A stretch of DNA of 64,000 nucleotides from Cetorhinus maximus (GCF_964194155.1 NC_135896.1:40610001-40674000), one strand, 5' to 3'. Positions 11,862-24,701 are shown, numbered from the stretch's first letter. Program-made: numbers and translations. The notes: generated by a model not told the origin, from the sequence alone.

Positions 11862-13180
11862 TTGCCTTCTTCTAAGGCAATCCCTCGGGATCGAGGATGA
11901 CTTGCTCTGGTTTGATGGGTTCTGAGATAGCTGATAAGTCCAATGAGTAATCTGCAGACTCTGCCACATGCAGGGCAGTGGTGCTTAAAGGGTTGGTCAA
12001 ATGAGGAGGTTTGTGCACTCTCTTGGACGCCTTGACATTGCCTCTGCATGTTCCTGACGAAGTCTCTCAATGTGTTCAGTGTCTTCACATTTGAACCTTT
12101 CCATTTTGGTTGGTTACATTCCAGAGGCTCCCATGAGTCAGTGAGGATGTTTGATCTCTTCAGGGAAGCTTTGAGCACATCCGTAACGTGTTTCTGCTGT
12201 CCTCCTGCGAGTCTCCTGTCACAACCGAATTCTAAGTAGAATAATTGCTTCAGTAGGTGTCAGGCATACACATGTCCCGGCCAGCAGAGCTGGCTTTGAG
12301 TGATTATCACCTCAATGTTGGGCATGTTGGCTTAGGAGAGGATGTTACTGTTGGACCGCCTTTCATGCCACTGAATTTGTAGGATCTTGCGAAGGCACCA
12401 CTGATGGTACTTTTCCAGCGCTTTGAGGTGGCTGCTGTAGGTTAGCCAAGCCTTCAAAGCATATGTGATAGCAGGGATCACCGCCAACCGGTAAACCATG
12501 ACCTTAGTCTCGGGTTTGAGATCCTGACCCTCAAACACGCTTTTCCCCAGTTGGCTGAAGGTTGAGCTGACAAATTGGTGAAAATTAATTTCATCATTTT
12601 TTGGCTGCCTTCGTCATGAGGAAGCTCCCAAGATACGGAAAATGGTCCACATTTTCCAGGATCTCGCAGTTGATCTTAATGATAATGGGAGGTGTTACAC
12701 TGTTGGAGCTGGTTGGAAGAGGACCTGAGTTTTCCAGGTGTTTAGTGAAAGGCCCATTTTCACGTATGTGTCAGAGAAGGAGTCGGCAATGACCTGGAGC
12801 TCAGTTTCTGAGTGAGTGCACACACAAGCATCATCTGCAGGCTGAAGCTCAATGACTGACGTTGGGGTGATTTTGGTTTTGGATTGAAGGCTATCCCATC
12901 TGTTCTTTAGATTATCTCAACCCCTGTGGGTAATTTTCTTGTCTCCCTTCTTGAATATAGTCATGATCACAGTGTCCCTAACATCCCTGGCATGCGCCCT
13001 TCTTCAACGAAGAGAGAGTTTCAATTGAGGAGTTCTTAAAAGTGTTCTCTCCAGTGAGCACTGACTACCTCCCTGTCATTGATGAGCTTCCTCCATGCTT
13101 GGCTCTCAGTGGGGTAGGCCCTTCAGTGCTTGGGCCATAGATCGTCTTGACAGCGTTGAAGCATGTCATTGGTATCCATG
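11862..13180 (-). mobile_element. RTE-clade LINE, truncated and degraded
   Basis: Minus-strand pieces FEGQDLKPETKVMVYRLAVIPAITYA..WLTYS.HLKALEKYHQ.CLRKIL.IQW, LKASLKR..I..DSWE, and a C-terminal C2H2-like CPACGRVC..IGLISYLRTH. Short (gaa)-type tail. Confidence 0.85.
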
Positions 13181-13665
13181 AGTTGTTGCATCTCCAGTAA
13201 AACCATGCAAATAGAACTTCGATGAAGTAATAACCACTCAGATCATTGTAAAGGTAAATAATTCACACAGCCAATTGCTGGGAGGCAAACTACAGTTGAA
13301 TACTTTGTGTTGCCTTTATCACAGAAATACAGTGGTTCAATGATTTTTATATTAATTAGCCTGAGAAAGTATGTAATAAAGTTAGATTAGGCTAAAACAA
13401 TTGCACCATGGGTTTGAATAATGGCAGGGTGATTCAAGAGGGAAAAGAAACACGCAGGAAATGAGCATGTTGATTGAGACCTGCATAAGAATGCCTCATT
13501 GTTAGCAGCCACATGGAAAAACAGTAATACTGTTAGCAGGTATTTTAAAATAAATTTTAAGACAAGTTCCATGCAAGAAGCTAATGTACTGACTGCGCTG
13601 AACTGGGAAGAGTTTTAGCCTTGCAATCACTTTCCAAATTCTTTGCACTTTAATGAATAAATATA

Positions 13666-13789
13666 CAGTGGGATTTTCCACACCCACCACCAGGATCTCT
13701 GGTCCTGCCGCAAGTCAATGGACTTCTGGCTGGGGCACCGCCTTACCCGAGGCGGGTCCCACCCGTGACAGGACCGGAAAATCCCGGCC
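13666..13789. mobile_element. Short Harbinger-type MITE
   Basis: gggattttcc / ggaaaatccc TIRs with an ATA TSD. Core aagtcaatggactt is shared with 62590-62722. Confidence 0.75.
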
Positions 13790-14039
13790 ATAGAAAAACT
13801 TGTGATATGTGACATGATAACTAATCACCATCATTAAATCATGAACTATGTCAGATGTTGTTGCATCTCTGTTGTAATTGTTAACATTGCGTACACACGC
13901 TGCAAGTTAAGTGATACTAAACTTGGAGTGTAAATTAGGTGCGAATGCCTGAACTGACAGTGAAGTGATGTGGAGTGAGACTCCCATTGACACTATTTCA
14001 GCATTCAGAGAGTGGTTTGGTAGTACAGAATTTGGATAT

Positions 14040-14675
14040 TGCTGAAAAGAGAAACATGTTGCCAAAGCTTTTAGTCTTGCACTCATCAGGCCAAACTTCA
14101 AACAATCACAACAATTTATACTACAGGAGAAAAGGGTGCTGATGGCTGGTAAGCCAAATCTGATTGACTGAGGCATTGCCATGAGAAATCAAAGGGGGAC
14201 TATAAGGTCCCAAAGCTCCTGGTTAATTTAAAAAAGGTGCAAGGTTTGAATATATTCCTTTTGTTTGCAGAGAACGGGTCCCTCATGTGAATATATGTTG
14301 CTTCTAGCAAGTGTAAATGAGCTATGTTATGAGATTGACTGATTATCTTAAATTGGTTGTTACTGTAGCTATTGGTGCACTCAGAATTGTTCAGACTGCA
14401 CTTGCTTGCTAGAAGTGACACGCATTCATAGACAGGGACATTTTCTTAATAAACAAAAGCTTGTGGCTTTTTGAATTACCTGGGAGCTCAGGGAGCCTAT
14501 AGTTCACACTGCCTTCTCCATGGCAATGCTTTGGCCAATCAGGTTCAGCTTGTCAACCAATCAACACTTTTTTCTCCTGTAGTATAAATTGTGATTGTTT
14601 GAAATTTGGTATTCTTGTGTTTATCCTGGTGAATGCAAGATGAAAAGCTTCAGCAACATGTCACTCTTTTCAGCA
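14040..14675. mobile_element. Fold-back element with ~200-bp inverted arms, each carrying a hammerhead-like motif (probably Penelope-related)
   Basis: 14040-14235 is the reverse complement of 14465-14675. Minus arm: CTGATGAgtgcaagacTAAAagcttt. Plus arm: CTGGTGAatgcaagatGAAAagcttc. Confidence 0.75.
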
Positions 14676-16194
14676 TTGTATTTCAGTATCAGTGTAAAGG
14701 GAAATAGCTTCACTTCTGATATTACAGTTGTGGTATAAATTCACCCTTAGTATCACATGGGGAAAACTATATAACAAAAAGGTAGCCCATGAGCGATTTT
14801 GGAAATGCAACAAAAGAACACAGAATGCTTATAAACATTGTTTTTTGTATGATGCTGCATAATACATTAAAAGGATAAAGAACAGTTTTCATTCACAAGT
14901 AATTTGCTCTTAAAGTAGGGTGAGGGTAAATCAAAGGTCTTATCAAAACTGCCCATTAATGGATTGTTTAGGCTGGAGAGATTTAAGTCAAGAAAGATGG
15001 GCCTGGTACTTAAGTAAACAAGGTGCAAGATCAAAGAATTCCACAAAGTGGCTACACACTCATTAAAAGAGCACTTGCAGAGTAGCTGTTCTTTACAGAA
15101 ACTGAAGGTCACAAAGGAAGGAGGCTGGGGTTATATACTTCCATCCTGCTGGTATAATTAAGGGTGAGAGGTAACTGAAAATAACCAGCTACGTATGACC
15201 TTCTAATGAATTTCTAGGATTGATTATAAAGGAGGAAATGACGGAAGTCTGATAATGATTAAAGCTGATTCTAAAATAAAAGCCGAGAGTAACTTACATT
15301 TTCTTAATTTTGCGCCAACAAAACTGGTATTATAGAAAAAGAAAATATTTCTTACTGAATATTTAAGCCGGAAGGCTACCAACTATTGCCTTCATACTCC
15401 CAAATGCGATTTACTTGTAAAAAATGACCCGAGGCAAAACTGTTTCACTCGCAGTATCAGCTTGAGTTTCATTGATGTGTATCAAGTGAACCAAGGCGAG
15501 CTTTATAACAGCCCACCTATTCTTAATTTCAGCAGAGTTAATAGAACATTTAGGGAACCAAAGAGGTGGCATTATAAAATATGCTGGAGGCAGTTTATGC
15601 CTCTTAAAATATTCAGGGAAAGGTGCTGCTTTCGTCTAGGCTTGATTGCAAAGAGAATGCTAAAGCTTTATGTTTAGCAACCCCCATAAAACTTCCCTAA
15701 ACCCATCTACTAAATCCCAGTAATTGAAACAAGCTGGTGTATAATGAAGCAAAATGCCAGGAAATGGATGGATTTTAAACCCCTACATTTATGCTTAAGG
15801 CCATAGTATTACAACACCTCTGGGACAGGGGCTGTGAATTTAAATGAATCAATAAAGGTGAAACTGAGTTACCCCAGTGTCACCAACAGAAGGACAGCTC
15901 CACAAGTGGTCCCCTCTTAAAGAGGTACCATTAAAATAATTTAGACATAATGTCTAATTAACAATAAAGATACTCACGGGTCTAAATTGTAATAGCTTGT
16001 GTCTCGATTAGACTCTCTGGGATTATTTTCCCTGCTGCCATGCTGATATTTTAGGTGCTAAAGGACATACAAGGTGACCAGGGTGGGTTCTTGAGCTGAA
16101 ACACCAGGTTAGCCTGCCTCTCAGTGGTATAAAATTCTACATAAAAGTCAAATCAGAATAAAAGTACACCCTACTCCATCAACCCTACAAAGTC

Positions 16195-16640
16195 CACCTC
16201 ACTTACATCTGGGGATCTGTGCCGAAATTGTGAGAGCTGTCCCACAGACTAGACAGGAAAAAAAACCTGACATAGTCTTACCCACTGAATCATACTTTAC
16301 AGTCAATGTCCCAGACTCCTCCACCACTATCCCTGGGTTTGTCCTGTCCCACTGGCAGGACAGATCCACCAGATTTGGTGGCACAGTGGTATACAGTCCA
16401 AAGAGAGTGGCCTTGGGAATCCTCAAAATTGACTCTGGAACTCATGAAATCAATTGGCAGAGCCATTGAGGGTGGTATGTGTGAAAAATTTACCCTGAGC
16501 GGGGGACTTCAATCTTGCTCTTTGGCACCACTACTGACCAAACATACCAAGTTCTGAAGTGCATATCTGTGAGACTGGATTAGTGGCAGGTGGTGAGAGA
16601 ACCAATATGAGGGGGAAATATATTTGACTGTGTCCTCACC
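16195..16640 (+). mobile_element. LINE fragment, APE endonuclease region (CR1-like clade)
   Basis: KPDIVLPTESYFTVNVPDSSTTIPGFVLSHWQDRSTRFGGTVVYS and later GENIFDCVLT are LINE APE endonuclease motifs. Confidence 0.7.
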
Positions 16641-17606
16641 AGTCTAACTGTTGTAGATACTATCCATGTCAGCTATGTCCATGACAGTATTGGTAAGAGT
16701 GACCACTATTGTGTTTTGTACCTCAGGGATATGCAGAGATGACCCTGGCCAGATTCTATGTGTAAACAGGAGCTTTATTACAAATGCTTTTAAAATGTCT
16801 GCAGCCACAAGCTTACACCTAGTGTTATGATACAGCAGATGGTAAATGCCGAACTGTTCAAACCCGGAGGGAAACTTGAAACAACCATTACAACTCATTT
16901 TCAATTTGTGTAAATTTCGAGATGCGTGCCTTGAATTCAGGAGTAATAAGACCACCAAGTCTTATAGGTTTTCATAAAACTAGGTTGAACATTTATTAAT
17001 AAGAGAAATGATTTTAAATGCATACATAGATCTACACATTATGACTATGATAACTTCTAAATCCCCTAATCAACCTGACTCCCAGTTACACTTTTGTTAA
17101 GGCAACAGTACGACACATAGGGTGGAATTTTCTGGCTGACATGTGAGTGGCGGAGCCCACACGTCAGCGCTTAAAATGTCGCACAAGCGTCCCGACGTCA
17201 GCGCGTGGCATCGCAATATTTAGGTTGGCGGGCGCGCACAGCAGCGGGACACTCACCCGCCATTAATTAAAGGCCTCATTAAAGCCCTTAACTTGCCAAT
17301 CGACGAGGATTTTGAGGGGCCCGTGCAAACTTTGGCTCGGTGCACCGGCCCAACGGGCAGGCGGGTAAGTGATTTTTTATCAAAACTCATGCACTGGTGG
17401 GATATGTGGACTCAGAGGGATTGTTCATGTTTTTCATGAAGTATTTAATGCAGGAAGCGTTTTAAACTTGCCTGTGTGATTGTTAGCAGTTCACATCGAT
17501 TTCCAAGAGCTTTTTGTGTACTTTGAAGCTTCAGCTCAACACCAGTCTGCAGTCAGTAATCTTTATTGGGCCTGCAGCTTTCTGGAGGCCTCCATTTAGC
17601 CTGGGT

Positions 17607-18838
17607 ATGGGTTCTGACATCTCCACTGGAGACAGCTCTTCTGAGGAGGAAGGGAGGGCTAGAATAAGGAGGAGGCCAGGAGTGGACAATCAGCCTCCAG
17701 GGGAGCCACCTTTGGGAGGCCAGGTGCAGGCACAAGGAGCGCAGGGCCAAGAGGTTGTCCAAGGTGGAAGCGGCCACAGAAGACGCCACTATCCTGCTGC
17801 CAGGGTATACAGGCGGCGAAGCAGCTACCTCAATATGTCTGAGGTGCAGTGCCGAAGGAGGCTCCGTCTCTCAAGGGAGACAGTCAACTATATCTGTCAG
17901 ATGATTGGCCCTGAGATATCTCCTAACTGTGTGGGTGGACACCCCATGTCAACAGCTCTGAAGCTCACAGTTGCCCTCCACTTCTATGCCTCTGGCTCCT
18001 TCCAGGGCTTGTTGGGTGATCTTTGCGGTGTCTCCCAATCAGCTGTCCACACTTGTGTCAAGCAGGTTACAGATGCTCTGTTCAGATGGGTATTGACCTT
18101 CATTCACTTCCGCTGTGACCAGGCAAGTCAGGCACAGCGAGCCAGAGGCTTCACAGCCATTGCTGTCTTCCCCCGTGTCCAGGGTGCTATAGACTGTACA
18201 CATGCGGCCATCAAAGCGCCAGCAGGTGAGCCCGGTGCCTTTGTCAACAGGAAGAGCTTCCACTCCATGAATGTGCAGATAGTGTGTGATCACAAGATGC
18301 AGATTCTGCAAGTTTGTGCAAGGTACCCAGGCAGCTCCCATGACGCCTACATCCTCAGACACTCCCAGGTGCCGGGGCTCTTCAGTGCTCCGGCTTGGCT
18401 GGATGGTTGGCTGCTGGGTGACAAGGGATATCCCCTTAGAAGATGGCTCATGATGCCACTCTGTCCAAGAACAGAAGCTGAGCAGCGCTACAATAGGAGC
18501 CAGGGCACCACAAGGGCTGTGGTGGAGAGAGCCATCGGTCTTCTCAAGATGCGCTTCCATTGCCTGGACCGTTCAGGGGTGCACTCCAGTACCCCCCAGA
18601 TTGCGTCTCTCTGATTAGTGGTAGCATGGTGCGCTCTGCACAGTCTTGCGCTGGAAAGGGGGATGCAGTTGACGATGAAGACCTTGACGCCCTGGATGAG
18701 GCTGCACATGATGAATCCAGCAGTTGCTCAGAGGATGAGGAAGCACAGGGCGATGATAAGGGGCAGCATGCCGACCTGCTATTACACCAAGGAGGCAGGG
18801 ACACCCGGGACAATTTAATCCAACGAACCTTCAGCTAG
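17607..18838 (+). pseudogene. Harbinger DDE transposase (HARBI1-like), frameshifted at the C-terminus
   Basis: Contains ALHFYASGSFQ, GAIDCTHAAI, NRKSFHSMNVQIVCD, YPGSSHDAYIL, GWLLGDKGYP, RAVVERAIGLLKMRF. GALQYPP, VVAWCALH and the acidic tail ending LIQRTFS* lie in shifted frames after ~18580. Confidence 0.93.
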
Positions 18839-19147
18839 CTCCACACACATGGATCAGCAGGAGCAGCATTGCCTGGCGCTTCCACACATGGGACTTAGGT
18901 GCTACATCTTCCACCTCATCAGCTGCAACTAAGGACTTAGTACAGAAACATCAATGTCCACTCAAACACTCATGAGATGTCTGGGAAACATACAAATGCA
19001 GCACAAAGGAAACACCCTCAGCCATGGTCCGAAAACTGGACTTCATTCCGTCCAACATCAAAGAGAAACGTCTCTCTTACAAACATAACTATTTGTTTCC
19101 TATTCTAAGGCCAACACAAAATCACCAGCGACATACCCGTTGAGTGC

Positions 19148-22012
19148 CTAACGTGACTTATGCTTTCGTTTGCGGGTGCTACGTCTAGGTGCCGCCCCAT
19201 CGCTCGGAGTGGCTTGAGAGACAGCCTGCTGACTCTGCTGTCCTGTTGGCCTCGATGACCATGGTGGGCGTCCTCTGGCCCGTGGAGCCTGTTATGGCCC
19301 CGCCTGGGAGAGAGTGGCCAGATCCAGAACTGGCACCTCCCCAGTTGTCGCAGCCTCAACGGAAGCAACGTTGACTTGCAGAGGGGCGGAGGAGCTGCTG
19401 CCCTCATCCGGAGAACCCTGAGAGGAGCTCACAGCTGCGATAGGCAGCTGCTGCGCCGACATGAGGTCCCATTGGACCTCCCTGCTCACCGCAGATGCAT
19501 GGGCACCGAGTGGCGACACTTGGTGCCCAGAACATCTCCCACATTGGGAATGACCACCTGTGGCCATTAGTGCCGTGAGGGCTTGCAGGTCAGAGCGTAA
19601 CCCAATCAGAAGAGTCTCAATCCGATTGAACCCCCTCTCAATGAGAGTCGCCAATCTCTCAGTGGAGGAAGCCTGAAGCTCTGTCCTGAGGTTCATGCCT
19701 TCACGTGCACTCTCTCTGGACTCCTCCACCACAGAGACCAAATGATGCATACCCTCATGCAACCCTGCCAGATGCTCCCGCGATTCCTGCCATTTGTCCT
19801 GCAGCTGCTGCATTGGTGATAACTCTAGAGGCATGTCATCAGTGCCGGACTCAGCATGTGCCTGGTCCCCTGCAGCCCTCCGGCTGCTGGCACCATCGGC
19901 ACTCTCTGTCCCTACCGTCTCCTCCAGTGATTGTGATGTGCCCTCTCCACTGTGACCCGGGACACTAACCGATGGTAAATTCCCCACTGAGGTGTTTGTG
20001 TCTGCGCTGGTGCCTGGCTGGCTGAAATGATATGCCGCAGGTTGCACGTCTTGGCCCTCAGGAGTGGAGGGGGTGCTGCGGTGTCTGTGGGTGCGGCGAT
20101 CTGGTCGTGATGCTGAAATTAACAATAAGGACAGTGCATCAGTTAGTGTACAGTCAGTTAAACCTTTCAACCCTTTCCCCACCAACCTCTTAAGTCACTC
20201 ACCCTTCAAGACCCTAAGGAGACGAGCATTGGTGGAGTGGAGAAGAGTCAAGAGGAGGCCCAAACATTAGACGCGCATACAGACAGGCTGGTCAGATGGC
20301 CTCAGGAATGCCACATGACATGTTATGTACCATTCGAGTGGGGAGAGTGCAGAGGTACCTGACCTGGATGCATGCTGGCCTGGATAGTTGCGGTGCTGAG
20401 GAAACATCGCAAACAGTTGCGACATTTGCCGTGGATCACAGGAGATTGAGAGGTCACATTTTTGACCTTCAAAACGTTAGGAGGGGCATAGAACGGGTGG
20501 GCAGAAGGCAACATTTCCCCTTGGAGTAGGGATGATTAAAGTGGTGGCATTTATTTAAGTTGAGTGCCATGAGGTTCACGGCTGAGGTGCTGAGGACCTT
20601 TTGGACAGAGTAATGTGGGATGCACTGGCTGATAGGGTAGTGGAGGTACCAACCCTCCTAAGATGCAAAACGTCTTTGGATGTGCAGCAGCGATGCCATG
20701 GCATGTTAGGCCATGGGGATAGTGGTCACAAATGGGATAAGGTGACTTTGGAAGGTGCTGGAGATGCGCATCCTCAAAGGGACGAGGGACCTTTGTGTAT
20801 GGCCCACACGTCAGAGTGTTTCATTCTGTGAATGAGCAGTGTTGCAGCATTAACAATTGCAGCAGCCATCAGTGGTTTGGATGGTGGGGAGACAGAGTGA
20901 ATGGGACTGTCGACCTCAAATACCTGGCCACTGGACCCCAGCCTTGCCCCCACCTACTCCCCTGGCCGCCTGCCTCCTCCCCAGCTCCATGGCCTGCTCC
21001 TCGTAGGTGATGAGGCACTGGAGCAGGGCGTGCCCACCACCAGTCCTCTGGCACTCCCTCAGATTGTGCTCTGTTTTTGCCTGCAGAACAGAGAAGAGGA
21101 TTTATTGGGGCTGGTCGCTCATGTACTCTGCACGCGCACGCTGCACCCCAACCACAGTGGCCCAACTGAGGCCTCCAGCGGCTCCTGTCCACACTACTGG
21201 TGATCAGTCCCCAGAAGATAGTATGGCTGGTCCCAACCCCCTCCCCCAACGGCCACCTTGGACACATTCGGCGTCCAACACTTTGGATAGCGCATGGGTC
21301 TTAGCACCTATGGCAAGGAGGCGCAACTAGGTGCGGCGCTGAGGCCAGCAGATGGCTCTTGGCCACCACACCTTGAAGCTCCCCTTCCACCCTCTCATTA
21401 CCATCAATATGACATGTGTTGGAGTTCTGAGTATGTGTCTGGCGGCCTCCCCTACAGGTTGCCCCCAGACCACTCAAATGCGACAAACACCAACATATGC
21501 TGCGGGGAGAACCCATCTTCTCCTCAACCACTAAGGCTGATGTAAGTATGGTCAGTACTTGTTTACCCACCCAGCGTGCGCCAAATGCCCAATGCAGTAA
21601 CAACAGCAAGATGTGGGGGTGGAGGGGGCGGGGGGTGCTCAAAGACAAAGGCTACCTGCTGGGTTAAATGGCCAAGGCCGACATGGTACTTACCCTTCCA
21701 GAGCGCAACAAATCATTGAATCTCTTGCGGCACTGGATGCCTGTGCGCCACACATCATCATGGGAACTTACTGCCTCCCCCACCTCCTGCCACGCCTGCC
21801 GGGTGACTTGGGGGGCCCTCCTCCTCTCATCCTCTGGATACAAAATATCCTGATGGCTGGACACCTCTTCGAGGAGGACAAGTAAGACAGGCATCTGAGA
21901 AGCGAGGGGCACAGTGGCCCCCCCGCTGGCCTCTCCTGCAGCCTGCCCCCCTCCTCCTGCTCCTGCTCCTGTGCTCTGAGAGCATCCTGCCTCTCTCTCT
22001 GCGAGTGGCCAT
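19148..22012 (-). pseudogene. Harbinger Myb/SANT-like DNA-binding partner gene, 3 exons (22012-21694, 21080-20924, 20112-19148)
   Basis: Exon 1: APRFSDA..VLLEEV..DILYP..AWQEVGEAVSS..RTGIQCRKRFNDLLRSGR|gtaagt. Exon 2: ctgcag|AKTEHNLRECQRTGGG..LITYEEQA..|gtattt. Exon 3: tttcag|ASRPD... ending in NLS-like AAPRRSTRKRKHKSR*. A few frameshifts. Confidence 0.85.
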
Positions 22013-22045
22013 GGTGCACTGCCTCAATGAGGCTGCCTGGCCACT

Positions 22046-22053
22046 CTTTATAC
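22046..22053 (-). promoter_or_regulatory. TATA-like box of the Myb gene
   Basis: Minus-strand gtataaag about 35 nt upstream of the ATG at 22012. An analogous tatttaaag precedes the Myb ATG in the derivative elements. Confidence 0.4.
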
Positions 22054-22268
22054 AGACTGCCCGTTCCCCATTGGAACCGGCGGTCTGAACACGCCCGCCT
22101 CCGCAACGATTTTCCCGTTCTGCACGGGAACTACTAATCCGGTGGGCGGGCATTAATTGGCCTGCCCGCGCAAAATGGCGGCGCGGCCCATTTCGGTGGC
22201 GGCAGTCGGCTGCCCGCCCGCCGCCGAGTTGGTCGGGCCCGCCCGCCCATAAGGGCAAAATTCTGCCC

Positions 22269-22408
22269 TTAATTAATGGTGGGCTTGCCTCCATCTCCAC
22301 TGTGAGAGTGCGCATTGACATCAGCACGCTTGGCCGATGTCAACGCGCTTTACTTAATGCTCGAGTGGGTTGGGTGCGTGCCTGCCCGCCAAGCTAAAAA
22401 TTCTGCCC
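22269..22408 (-). mobile_element. Orphan left arm of a related Harbinger MITE abutting the large element
   Basis: Minus strand reads gggcagaatttttagcttggcgggc...cccaccattaattaa. It resembles the left ends at 33762 and 17120. Confidence 0.75.
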
Positions 22409-22851
22409 ACTGTTTCTAAACTTCGCCTGGCTAGGTGACACATTTCACCTCTTCTTTGAAAACACCTAGCCTGATTTATTTCAAAATGCAAATGTTCCCT
22501 TGATACCTATGTTTCTAAAGTTCCCCATGTTTATCTAATTAACATTTCAAACCTAACCTCTCTCCTTAAATCAAAGCGCCCAGACTAGCCTCTAATTCAC
22601 TTAAATCTCATACAAACACACATAGACACATCCTATTGTTACTCCATTTTGCAATAAATTCCAATAACATTGAGAATTATTATATCTTCTGGACACCAGA
22701 TTTCTGTTTCTCCGTGATCATACCCATTGGCATGACTAATAGCACACGGCACAGGGAGCAGTCAACAGACACACACAATCAAACATTGATCAATTGAACA
22801 AATGAGCACAACATTCTATCCCCCCTGTAAAGCTAAATGACCTCATTTCAA

Positions 22852-23146
22852 ATTAAAAGCAAAAAACTGCGGATGCTGGAAATCCAAAACAAAAACAAAA
22901 ATACCTGGAAAAACTCAGCAAGTCTGGCAGCATCTGCGGAGAGGAACACAGTTAACGTTTCGAGTCCAAATGACCCTTCAACAGAACTAAGTAAAAATAG
23001 AAGAGAGGTGAAATATAAGCTGGTTTGGGGGGGGGGGGGGGGGGGGGTGGCAGGACAAGCAAGGTACAGATAGCCCTAGTGGGGATGTGGTGGGGTGAAT
23101 GAATCGAAATAGGCTAAAAGGTAGAGATAAAACAATGGATGGAATT
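22852..23146 (-). mobile_element. Penelope-like 3' terminal fragment with hammerhead-like motif (22950-22988)
   Basis: Reverse complement of the 6540-6953-type terminus. Minus strand reads agtt-CTGTTGA-agggtc atttg gactc-GAAA-cg-TT-aact. Confidence 0.8.
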
Positions 23147-24379
23147 AACCCATGTTAAACAACAAATATAGTACATCAACATTTCTTAGGTTCAGAATGT
23201 CCACTTTCTCTAAGTGCAGAAATAGTCTTTGAAATATGAAGGCTGCTAATGACAGCACTGAGATCTACAAACTTGAGGTTGTGGTTCTGCGTGAACACTT
23301 TTGATAAGGCAAATGATCAACATCATGGTTATTCGTCGGAAAAGGAAATGTATCCTCATAGTCACTGCCCTCGAAAAATCCTGGTCTATTTGCTATCAAA
23401 TGTTTCACATTTCACCGTCAGAACGTGTGGTTGTGATATTCCAGATTTTGTAAAAAAGTGAATCTTTCTTTTAAATGGACACAAAGAGCCTTAAAAGTGG
23501 CTGTCAAACTCACATGACCTTTTACAACTGCAATGTTTGTCAAGTTTCTAGAAGGCTCCAGGTAGATTGCAAAGTCATACCTAGAGATGTGAAGACTTTT
23601 GGAATTCAATGTGCATTTCCACAAGTGTAAACAGAAACCCACTGACAATGGTTCCCTTGAAGGTGTGAATAACTCTTTCCTATCCCAATAAACCTGAAAG
23701 AATGGGAGCTATTCAAGTTAATGACTGAGACATTTTAAAGGTTAATTACCCCCAGCTAAAAGACAATAGATGGGACTATGCCTAGACTTGGGTGACCCAA
23801 TGCCTCATATGGAAGCATGATTCAACAGTTTGGAATTGTAGCCATTTTGAGTTTGGAAATGTATAAAATCTGGCTGAGAACAGACATTTTGTCCAGAACC
23901 CCAGGAAGAACTCAGAGAGACGTCACGCAAGAGCGTTCTTGGCCAAGGTGAGGGGGCTGGGTGCAGGACAAAGAGGAAGGTATTCAGAAATCAACTGATG
24001 TTTTATCAAAAGAGTCCAGGCAATCTGCAACCGCCATAACTGCAGAATTAGTGAACAAGATGCCTTCTCTCTCTCCTAAAACCTGTTGATCTGCTGAGTC
24101 CACCTACAAAGGCAACCTCTGACTATTCGACTACAAACACCATTGCAGCTGCTGAACACAATGCTTCAACTTCAACCCTTCACTCCAGACACCCAAAACT
24201 TCCAATTGCAAGCTATGGGCCTGCAACGATACCTTAAAGGACTGAGCTAAATTTTACTTTTAGAAGTATATTTTATCCTTATTTGCATTTGATCATTCTA
24301 TGTATTTAGTTAGTAACCTTATTGCTTTTACTTAAGTAATTTACAGCAGTGTTTTTGTAATAAACTAGCCTTTATCTTG

Positions 24380-24701
24380 AATAAAAATAAAAATAAAAAT
24401 AGAGAAAATTAAAATAAAATATTAAATAATAATTTAATATAATTAAATAATTAATTTTTAAATTATTATTTTTTATTTTTAATAATAAAAATTTAAAAAT
24501 ATAAAAATATAATTAATAAATTATTAAAAATAAAAATATTTGAAGAAAATACTTCAAAAATAAGAATATGACTCTTCAACATATGGACTCGAAACGTTAA
24601 CTGTGTTCCTCTCCGCAGATGCTGTCAGACCTGCTGAGTTTTTCCAGGTATTTTTATTTTTGTTTTGGATTTCCAGCATCCGCAGTTTTTTGCTTTTATC
24701 T
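24380..24701 (+). mobile_element. Penelope-like 3' terminus with a long AT-rich 5' filler, inserted in the 5' LTR
   Basis: 14-bp TSD tagcctttatcttg (24366-79, 24702-15). PLE terminus at 24580-24701. Confidence 0.85.

Larger units (their letters stand above)
17120..22268 (+). mobile_element. Near full-length autonomous-type PIF/Harbinger transposon
   Basis: TIRs gggtggaatttt / aaaattctgccc. Contains convergent transposase and Myb/SANT genes. The right end is followed by TTA. Confidence 0.93.
16823..22695 (-). mobile_element. Solo LTR split by the Harbinger insertion (pieces 16823-17119 and 22409-22695)
   Basis: TGTT...GACA termini with 4-bp flanks ctag/ccag. A minus-strand AATAAA lies near 16995. 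Confidence 0.55.

Noticed and set aside
17514-18614. Domesticated host gene HARBI1
   Set aside because: It lies between TIRs next to a Myb partner and has C-terminal frameshifts, so it is a transposon copy. The ORF-track start is a TTG; the likely ATG is 17607.
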